Shown: piece by piece, positions 53,591 to 64,000 of the stretch
Layout of the letters: every line of letters begins with the position of its first letter
Numbering within the stretch: position 1 is the stretch's first letter
Assembly (NCBI GenBank): GCA_951406725.2
Contig: OX597815.1
Coordinates: 18,662,001-18,726,000 of the forward strand
Reading direction: 5' to 3'
DNA: 64,000 nucleotides
From: Octopus vulgaris
Taxonomy: Eukaryota
Made by a program: the position numbers and the translations under genes
The notes under the pieces: model-generated
Databases searched by the model: none
Told to the model about the DNA's origin: nothing
What the model saw: only the letters and a program-made list of their open reading frames with translations

Positions 53591-56500
53591 TTGGTCATTC
53601 ATTTACCATCTTTTGTATAGCATATCACTGGGAAGAGGGAGCATCTAGAGTATTGATGTCTATTAATTTTTTTTAAACATTTAGGTCTGTTTTAGGTATT
53701 TATATAATGTGTCTCCAACTCTATTCTCAATTTGTGTGCATTTTAGCGTATCTTCCCAATTATTCTTGAATATTTGTCTACAGTATTCAGAAGAACGAGT
53801 AACCAAGTGGTTGCTCGTTTTATCCTGTTAGAAGGTGATAATTTTATATAGGTTGAAAGCCAATAAAGTTTCTTTTTTGACTAATTGTTCTGTAAAACCC
53901 AAATATGAAATCAATCTGAGAGTTATAATGTAATTTATCCGTTTGAAATATGAACGGCATTTTAGAAATATTTAGATAGAGTTCTTGGAAAATGAATAAA
54001 AATTAGCGAACTAGTTCATAGTTTGAAAAGAATTTCCAAGATGGCTATTGCCTTGATGATATTAAACTCATATTTCATCTTTATGTATACTCCAGTAGCC
54101 ATAAACAGAAATAAGTTTTTTTTTCTTACCGACATGTCTTTATGTTTCCCTGTATAAAATTGCTAAAGCCTATCAACATTAATTTTAAAAACAGAACGGT
54201 CAAAAATAATGTACGTGTTTATGATTGTATGAGTATATCTTCTGCTGACGTAACGGAAATATAAATTTTGTAGCTTGTATGATCTAAGTGTTACTGATAT
54301 GAAGAAAAGTTAATTTCATTCTGAAATATATTTTACGACAGTGATCTAATTCTGGTTGGTTTGAATATGTACTGTGTAATCAGTAAATATTGATTTGTAC
54401 TGACTTCGTATATAAATTAATAAAAAATTCCAAATCGTTTTCTGTCAGAACGCGGTAGGCAGAACAGCATATATATATATAAGCGTTCAAGCTGGCGGTA
54501 GAGCTGTAGGGTACGGAACATGCTTTATTTTTTAATTAAATGATATGTCGTTTACATTGCAAAAGTTGTACGATAAAAGTGTTCTGCTAGAAGGGAAAAC
54601 TATCGATAGCTTAATAAGTTATATATGTTTTGCATATTTACTTTCTTCAGCGTCGTAATATCGGAACTTAATTATAATGATTGTGCATACAAATTAATAG
54701 GTACTTCTAAAGGTATTTTTTTATCTACCGATATTAAAAATATCTTATGATGGTATCAGGTGTAACACATTTTGAAGAGCTATTTGTGGGAGACACAAAG
54801 TTTTTGTTTCATTTAGATTTGTTATTATTTTCTTAAACAAATATCTGACTGAGAGTAGTATAGAAGATCGAATATGAATTTAGATATTAGCATTTAGAAT
54901 GACAAGTTGTAAGAAGGGAAAATATTCGGTATTATTTTAAAATGCTATATCTTATACAGCATTTGCCAACTCGGGATTTATTTTCAATATATTTCCTGAA
55001 CCAAATATGGGTATATGAGATTTAAAAGATTTGGTATTTTAAAATCAATACAATTTCAATAACTGCTCACCAAACAGATTGTGATAAGCAAAACACACAC
55101 ACACACACACAGTGTCTCATTCACTTTTGTTTTAGTTTGTAATATTACAATGTACTGAAGCCTTTCGTTGTACACAGGATATAAAACAGCATATATGCAA
55201 TATACGCATTTGTTGTAAATAGTTATCATGTCTTTAACCACTTTGCAATGGTTTCAGTATTTCTGTTTGAGTCGAATATATTTGCTCGATTTCAAGAGAG
55301 TTAAGATATTGGATATGAATGAAAATAAAATGAGATGAGATATTTACGTTTTTCTTTGATAAAAGGTTATGCTACCGGTTACATAAGCTGCATTTCAATA
55401 GGAAAATCTATACAATGTATTCAGCTTTTTTTTTTTTAGTTGATCTAAGTTTGGAACTGTGAAAAATTTGTGGTAAATAATTTGTGTTTCATAGAATTCA
55501 AAGAAAATTAATTTTTAAAAATCATTGCACGTTTACCCCGATGAAAATTATGCTTCATCACATTGTTGAGCTTAATTTCTATACTAATTTACATAATACG
55601 TTTAGCTTTTAAGGAATTATTACTTCGCCTTTTCTGTTTTAACTATTTCATGTTGTTATCCTATTTTCGATGTTGTTAACTCTATTCATTTATTTATATA
55701 TTTTTGTAATAATATAATGTTGCCAAACCAATTTGATGGCTACGCTCTGTATTATTCGAGAATTTAAATGCATATTAGTATAATTCTGGCTTCATTGTCA
55801 AGTCATTTATTCGAAGTTTTCACACATATCAGAATATCAGAGAAGGTTTCAATAATCTACAAGCAGCTACCTTAAGGAATCCAAATCCATTAGTGTCTTA
55901 ACACTTACAGAGTATCGGGTGTTTAAGTAATCATGCATTATATATGTGTGTGTGTGTGTGTGAGTGAGTGTCTGTGTGTGTATATATACATGCATACATA
56001 TGCATACATGTATGTATTCATGCGTGTATGTATATATGTATGCATGCGTGTATGCATGTATGTATGTATGTATGCATGTATGTGTATATTTATAGGCAGT
56101 TGATTAAAAATGTAATCAGGAACAGAATTTTTGATGATAGAATTTGACGGCTGTACAGGTGTTAATTGAACTTTCATGAAAAATATCAATTGATGTGAAA
56201 TTTAATTGGTTACAATTATATGTACGTTTCTGATAGATTATGCAAGAGTTTTGTTGGGAGAAGGTACAACGAATCAGCTACATTCAGCTAGATAAATAAG
56301 TCTGTAAGGTAATGGAAAAAGATTGAGCTTTTATTCGTGATCACTGGTAGAGTAACATTAAAATCTGTGATTTCGAAAGATGCCAGTAATAAAATTCTTA
56401 AGGAAAGAAAGAATGGCAAATATCTTCGCCTGTGTGTTTCAACGTGTTTGCATTATTCATTCAGATGTTCATATAGACTCAGTTATGACACTTGTATACT

Positions 56501-56999
56501 TTCGTCTCTTAATAACGTCCTCGCTATCGTTTGAAATCGCAAATAATTCTTCTTACCTCTTTAGAACTTCACATACAGAAATTGACCATATGCATTATAG
56601 ACATTCTGTGCGAGTTATTGGAGTTCCTTTGAACATACAGGTCGAAACATTTTTAGTAGGGACTAAACAATATAGATTCCTTCATAGTTTCGATAATGTT
56701 TTCAGAAGAAATACTTTCTAGTTGAAGACATTACAAATGCTAGATCCCACAATTCTAATGGATCCTGGTATAAATATTATGTATAGAACCCTGGCAAAAT
56801 ACTATCTTTAAGAAGACAGAATATTCTTGAGAGCAAGAAAATTCTTCCGTGCTAAAGCGATGTTTATCCTCTATAGTTACAACAAACAGGTGAGAATCAG
56901 TGGCAGTGAATTGGCAGTCTTCAGAATACATCCCGCTATGTTTCCGACTCTCTGTGTTCTGAGTTCAAATCCCAACTAGGATAAATTTCAGAGAAAGTT

Positions 57000-58500
57000 G
57001 AGGGGCACTGCATTTGTAAGAAATGCGAGCGGGATATTCGGTAGTATTTATACTGGCTCTTTGCACTGGGTGTCCTAATTTCTGTCTTGGCCGGCTTTGG
57101 TGATAGATTAATCGCTCGCTTGGTACAAAGTCACTACTTGATGTTCTGATCAGGCTTCCAGTTTAACAACACTTTTCTCTCTCCGTCCCGTCCATCTCGG
57201 AAGCCGTATGAAGATTCGTGGACACTTACAATCTTTGCAAGTTGCTTGATAATTTAAAGTTTGCAACATTTAACTTTTGGAATACCTTAGGACTAGACTC
57301 TCAAAAAATCTATTTTCCCACGCACTAGACGATGGTCAGTTCAGCTCTCTGCTCCTCTCATAGCCTAAACGCTAGAAACATCCTCCATATCACGTTTTCT
57401 GATCAGAATATAATCTATGAGATGCTAGTGCTTAGATCTTGGGTGCATCCAGGTGATTGTATATTTATTTTTCTGCTTAAACAGAGTGTTGGTGAGAACC
57501 AGATACTTTTCAATACAAAACATCTAAAGAGCTATTCCCTTTTTATTACATTTTCCAATCTCATGTCGACCTAAAACAGGCCATGAAACCTAGTCCTTTC
57601 CAACTTTTGTTTTGAAAACTCCCAGTATGACCAGCTTGTCAGAAATTGGTACTTACCTCCTCAATAATTGTGCTAGATCATCATAAAACTCTCCTACTGT
57701 TTCATCAGAATGGGACATTGTAGGTGCATAAATACTGACAATGGTAAGAAACTTATCTTTTGTCAGTTTAATACGGAATGACATGGTCCGTTCAGATATA
57801 CTAATTAGAATCTGTGCAATGGAGGATAATAATGTATTCTTGAGAGCAAACCCAACACCAGATTCTCTACGCTGACCTTCAGGTAGGCCTCTCCAAAAGA
57901 TAGTATATCCATAAGTAGGTTCAGTTACTTGATCCTCACCAGAGAGACGAGTTTCAGAGATGGCATTTATATCAAGGAAATGTTTCTTAAGCTCACATTC
58001 CATACTTGCAGTGTGTCTTTCTGGCCTCATGTTGAAATTATCAAGAAGTGTGCGCACATTCCAAAAGCCAAAATTCAAAGGATATTTAGTTTTACGTTTT
58101 TTTGAAGATTGCTGGACCACAGTGGCAGGATGACGACTGGGCTCAGCCTGTGATACACTAAGGGATCTGCTGAGCCAGACCTGTTCCCCTAATGTTACCA
58201 AGCCTTTTTTGCCATTTACTGAATCCGTTTGAGACATTTTAGAGTAAGTTACAAGTGCGTTTTTTGGTTTCTGCCAACCAACCAATTCAATGATTTTATT
58301 AGTATTGATAAAGCCAGGAACTTGCAAAATCCTAAAGTTTTATTTCGGAGATTTACTTCTACCAGGTAGATTACCAACCAGGTTTAAAGAGCTTCTACCT
58401 GACTATAAGGTAAGCTATCCCATTCCAGACACCAAACCGACCTTCAAACACTCTACAGGATGATCAAATATCACTCCGCTGACCGCCGCCGAGGCGTAGC
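57000..58500 (-). pseudogene. RTE/BovB-like LINE 5' part: 5' UTR, APE endonuclease and a small RT fragment
   Basis: FGFWNVRTLLD, AISETRL, ESGVGFA, SIYAPT, TWMHPRSKH*HLIDYIL, TDHRLV and a later SYGFRDGR; in-frame stops. Confidence 0.9.
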
Positions 58501-58524
58501 TCATTCATACATAGGAAAAAAAAA

Positions 58525-58665
58525 ACTAGCAGCCCGTAACTTAGTGGCTCGGCAAAAGAATGATTTAATAAGTACACGGCTTACAAAGAATCTGTTCTGG
58601 GGCCGATTTTTTTGACTAAAGGCAGTGTTCCAACATGGTCGCAGTCAAATGTATAACACAAATAT
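58525..58665 (+). mobile_element. SINE family B 3' fragment
   Basis: cccgtaacttagtggctcggcaaaaga...ttccaacatggtcgcagtcaaatg. Confidence 0.75.
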
Positions 58666-59236
58666 AAGAATATATAAACTGTCGTCTAAATTACATAAAA
58701 ACGGATATAACACACACATCTCATTTTGACAGATATACTTACCGAAATTCCATAAAAATATCTCGAAATACTAAAGAGTAAATTTATTCAATAAAATCGC
58801 TATAGTGGTTTTGACTTCTATTTCTAACTATATAATGGCTTTTACAACCCTCTTAATTATAATTGTGAGTTATTCATGATTATACACACTTTTTTTTATA
58901 TATGAATATATATCCATACTTACACACACATACACAGAGTAACATAGACACATACGTACACACATATATCATGAACACGACCTCTGTCTTAGAAGGGTTT
59001 CTATTTGTTACTCCTGTTGCTGGTTGCTGTTGGAAAGAATGCATAATACCTAGGGACTCAGATTTGACACAAGATATATTCTCCATACCCAGGACCCTAC
59101 ATATTCATTCGCTTGTAGAATGGTTATTGGTGAAACCTCTAAATGTCATGGTTACGGACGGTGTGACCAATGATTTTGACCACCGAAATGAAATAACACT
59201 ATACTGTGTATTTTTCCATTGTATTATAGTGTCAGA

Positions 59237-59512
59237 TTCTATTGTGCCTGGGGAGAGTCTTTTTTCTTTTTGTGCCTTATATTGTAACACACTTACCGCT
59301 AAAATTTCCATCTTTATTCTTATTTTTATTGTCCTAAACTTTTCGTTGCGTCTTGCAACCTTTTCAATAGTCTTGACTAAGACTATTGAAAAGGTTGCAA
59401 GACGCAATGAAAAGTTTAGGACAAAAAAAAGAAAAGAAGTGGAAATTTTACCGGTGAGTGTGTTAAATAATAAGGCACAAAAAGAAAACGACCCTCCCCA
59501 GACACAATAGAA
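59237..59512. repeat. About 275-bp palindrome (4-nt loop GACT at 59375-59378) made of two inverted hammerhead-bearing Penelope-like repeats (family P5)
   Basis: Arms at 59237-59374 and 59379-59512; each reads cta-TTGAAAA-g-gttgc(aagac)gcaa(c/t)-GAAA-ag-TT-tag. Confidence 0.85.
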
Positions 59513-62500
59513 CATGCTTCAACACACGAACTCATATAAAGAATCTGGCAAACCAAATCCAAAAACGAAATATAGTGTCACAGTTATCTGTGAAAACGAA
59601 ATTAGTAATCTTCCTCTATTGCTCCTAGATTGGTATTTCAATTTGAATAGTTTACAAATACGATTCCAGAAACGAAACCGATCGTCCTCATTACCGTTCA
59701 GGTCACGAAATATAATTTAAGAAAAGAGAGTTATTAGATATTTGCTTACAAAGCATTTTATTGGCGTTAACTAGATTTCCTTCTCGATTCTGATATTTAT
59801 TTCTTAATAAATATTGATTCTAAATTAAAAGAAGCTAGAAACATTTACACAAATTATGAGATACTACTCAAGCTTAAACTACAATCTTAAACGTATTATC
59901 CTACATATATGAACTGCTTGCAACAGATGCCATAGGTTAATGTTTATTTCTAACGTTAAAAAACAATTATATTTAGTAGAGCAAAATTAAATTAGTTGTT
60001 CATGGAAAATTAATTCGCATTTAAATCTCCATGTTTAATGTTAAACGAATCAGAATATTTTGACGGAACATTACTCTAATAATTTCATATTTAACAATAT
60101 TATTTTTACTATTTTATGCAGATATATATATTCATAAATACAACCAAAAACCATATTGATATATAAAAAAAATTACATATTTTTAAAAATTTATATTTGT
60201 AAAGATTTTTCACTTACATATATCAAAATTTTATAGAAGGAAATGATTTTACAGAAAATTATACATTTTGCTTATATTCGCAAAAATTGTTTTTGTTGTT
60301 CATATTCTAAATCTTTATTTAGAAATATTTACAAGAAAAAGTAATGTGTGGGATAATAAATTTCTAAGAGAAAAGATAACGGAATAAATGTGTAAGATAA
60401 TACATTAGAAAGGAATCAATCGATCAAAATAATATCTATTCTTTATTTCCTGTTTGTTTCGTTAAAAACCTACATGCAGTCATACATGCATACATTCGCT
60501 AAAATATCTCCTCACACTTAGAAATATGTCTCCATTTCTGAAATGCATGGGTAAGTGAGAGAGCGATAGTTTGTGTCGGGGGAGGGATGTATGTGTGTAT
60601 GTACGTATGTATGTGTGCATGTATGTATGTATGTATGTATGTATGTATGTATATGTGTGTGTATATGTATGTATGTATGTATGTGTGTATGTATGTACCT
60701 ATGTGTGTATGTATGTATGTATGTATATTTATGGATGCATCTGGTATAGATTGCATACATATATGTATAAATATACATATTTATGTGTGTATGTATATAC
60801 AAATTCTTTCGAAGAGATTGAAATTACAATTGTGAATATTAAAACAAATAATGTAATTTCTTTCATATTACTTTGTTTTAGACGACCACTATTGACTGCA
60901 TCGTGCATGTGCACTCGCCAAAGATTACAACACGTGCTCTCATGTTAGTACAAGAGGACTTGAATATATTTGTGTATATATAAGGACAACAAAGTTCATA
61001 GGGCATTGCGTATAATGTACCATGTTTCACTGAGTCAAAAACGTTGAATTAATCAATGGATTTTTAATGGAGGTCAAACCTTTGTTCAAATTATTTGTCT
61101 GGTAGAAAATATGCAAATCAGTTCCATATCCATCTCAAAAATATGCAAATCAGTTCCATATCCATCTCAAAAATGGGATTGAGATCCAGAAGAATATTCT
61201 AACATGGTGAGTAAGTCTCTCCAGAAGAATTCTGCTCAATATTCTCACTATAACTTTGCGGTGCTGAATACCAAGATCTTCAGCAACAAATCCTTCATAT
61301 CTTGAAGAACTGCATCGTAATCCAATACAGAAGGTCCAATACGCTATTTCTTTGATTTACAGAAGTGTCTTACTGATGGATTACTACTTGTACCTGGAGT
61401 GTTACTATTTTAAGTTAGTGCAAATTAATTCTTATTCATTCCAAGACAGGTGAATTTCAAGAATATGTTACTACTGAAACACTTTATTTGAAATTTTAAA
61501 ACACTTTCTGCCATATATATGCCTAATCAGATGACAACAAATTCAGCAATGACCATAAGCATGATTTCCAGTGAAGTGACATCCTTCAGTATAATGTGTG
61601 ATGTATGTTTTCCAAAGATCACAGGCATCTTCAATCCCCCACTTATTCTTAATATTCCCAGTTCGTTTCTGAATCATTGATTTGTCAGTTTTAAGTTTCT
61701 AAGATGATTTTATCCTTAAGTCATTTCCATATAGTTAAAAAGTTATAATTTGGCTTTGGAACTGTCAGAATTTACTTCAAAATTTTGTAAAACACTTTTT
61801 TAAAACGGCCCATTTGAGAGTTGACACCAATGGATATAAGGCTTGCTATAAGTCAATCATGCTTCACAAATGTTTCTTAAAGCTTTGCGATGTCAATTCC
61901 GTGGCCGATTTTATGCACATTTGTAGCAAAAATACAACATTCGAATTTTACTTCGCTTCTTCCACTTCTTAATTCTTTTTTTCCATCGTTGTCACAAGCA
62001 TTTTAAGGATATCTATATATGCTTTTGCAAATGTGATATTTTATTCAATCTCATAATCTAAATGATACATTTCTGTACCCCAGATAAAAGATCTTTTTTT
62101 TTTAATCTGATATTTGTGTTATTGTCGCTCTCAAAGAAAAAAAATATTGGAACTCTCATAGACAGAATTTACATCTCACGTAGCATGTTATGTCTCCCAA
62201 TTAATTTCGATAAAACTATTCTTGGTCGATCCTGCTCCAAAAACCTGGTACGAAACTCAATATAACGGTGTATAGCGTAGCATTGAAACCTATATTCACT
62301 TTCAAATAGCTTGGAAACATGTTAAACAAGGATGATCGGAATCATGATGTAAAATCGGATATTGGCGTAAAATTTCAATCTTAACAAAGGCATCAAAGGT
62401 ACGAAGGTGGCGTGGTAATGCAGCTGATAAATGACCAAAACAAGATGAGCTAGCTAAATGCTAGTTTTAAGCACATAACTCTGATTTTCGCGAAGGTGTT

Positions 62501-63299
62501 AGCGAAATAGTTGGCGATTATCATCGATAAGCTGGTCGGTGACGCGTGGACATGCACTATACCAAACAGATATATATCCACGACTACTTCCACCTCGCGC
62601 ATTATATAGAGGATTGGTAAGGAATCTGGCATGGGTGGGACTCTGATTAATTAGAATAAATCAAAAGTTTTTGATAAGGTTGACCACCAGTACTTGTGGC
62701 TGTCGTCGCGTCGGCTGGTTTTGGTCCTGTTTTCAGAGGTTGGATCGCTGCAATGTACAGCGACATTTGTTCGCTGGTGAAAGTGAATTTACGGAATCAT
62801 TTAGAATGTACGAGCTGACTCTTGTGACATTACTACGGAAGCTGGACGTTTCGAGGGGCATCGCCGGGTGAACTAAGATGCAGAAGGTTGAAGTGGTGTT
62901 TGAGTAATGTTGCTCAAAGTCATCTCCCTCAATTGTTCGTATCTGCCAGTTTGATGTGTTGGTGTGTTTTTTGTTCCTTTCTGTTCTTGATATCTGTGTC
63001 CGTTTTCCATTCAAGTTCCACACAATCCCTTTCATTACAAATGTCTGAGTGATCCGAAGCGGGGAAGGGCATGTCTTGGGAAGGTTTTGGTGTTTTGTTG
63101 AAATAGCTATTTTGTTGTTGTTGTTGTTGGGGTTTCTGATGCTGCTGTTGTTATTGATCGCGACTCTACTGCTGTGGCTGCTGCAAAAATTGTTGCTGTT
63201 GCTGTTTGGGCAATTTTTAGTTTCGGTCCTGCTGTTGGTGATGTTGGTACGGTTGCTACTGTGTTTGCAGTTATTGTTGATATTACTGTTGGTGTCATT

Positions 63300-63344
<45 letters not shown>

Positions 63345-63348
63345 ATAG

Positions 63349-63381
<33 letters not shown>

Positions 63382-63385
63382 CAGT
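63300..63385. repeat. (TAG)n microsatellite within a decayed TTG/CTG low-complexity tract
   Basis: Direct reading. Confidence 0.95.
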
Positions 63386-63919
63386 AGCTGTTGTTGCTGT
63401 TGATATGGTGTGGTGGTAGTGGTGGACACATATATTTGCCTGTCGCTTTCAAAATATCTGATTATTCTCTAGTGGCCGGGATAATTCATTAGATAACACG
63501 CTTGAGATGAAGTAAGAGAAGAAAGCGAACGAATGATAGAGAATCACCGAAGATTTTGTTAATTAGATAGAATGAATATTTGCTGAAAATAACTTTACTC
63601 TGACCGTATTGTCAATTAATATCTGTTTCCTTCACTAAATTTATTTTACAATGAGTGACATTCATTTCAAAAATAGTAACTGCAACGGTATATATTAATT
63701 GATATGTTAATCACAGTCTGATCGACTTTATGACCCTCAATAATTGACGTATATTTTATTTCCATTGACCAGGAAGAGAAAATTCAAAACCACATGTGAT
63801 CAGGATTGAACTCAAGACATAGGTGTGTAACTAAATCCTGCTTTGTATTTTTGAAAGCAGACGCATTATTACTTTCGTTGCACAATATTCTGCAGATGAT
63901 ACAAATTTAAAGCGTCGTT

Positions 63920-64000
63920 ATGTAGTAAAAAGTTTGTTTCTCAGCCACATGGTCGGGTTCAGTCCCACTGTGTGGCACCTTGGGCAAGTGTATTTTACTA
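63920..64000 (+). mobile_element. SINE family B head, cut by the window end
   Basis: ccacatggtcgggttcagtcccactgtgtggcaccttgggcaagtgt. Confidence 0.85.

Noticed and set aside
58902-59515. Overlapping 202-aa and 136-aa ORFs on opposite strands with mirrored peptides
   Set aside because: This is a by-product of the palindrome.
62733-63452. 239-aa minus-strand ORF as a host gene
   Set aside because: Half of it is poly-Y/N microsatellite translation, and no domain was recognised.

Overview
AT-rich, repeat-saturated eukaryotic DNA with no confidently identifiable host gene. The SINE families and the dense (TA)n/(TACA)n/(ATT)n/(TAG)n microsatellites look like a coleoid cephalopod (probably Octopus); this is recognition from memory, not a search result. 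Most ORFs in the track are microsatellite or SINE artefacts. The real coding remnants are all transposon pseudogenes: CR1-like 3' ends, R4/Dong-like RLE elements, RTE/BovB endonuclease and zinc-finger ends, a mariner transposase and a HERO-like fragment. Also present are at least four tRNA-derived SINE families, a tandem non-autonomous Helitron and a Tc1-derived MITE holding a nested fold-back element. The most interesting hidden layer is RNA structure. About 9-10 complete or partial minimal hammerhead-ribozyme motifs sit in Penelope-like terminal-repeat fragments, and five of them carry the compensatory core variant UUGANAA (U3-A8). A separate hammerhead with an intact core but a non-canonical, pseudoknotted strand order lies at the 3' end of the HERO-like element (46063-46126). 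All folds were derived by eye and none has been computed or tested.
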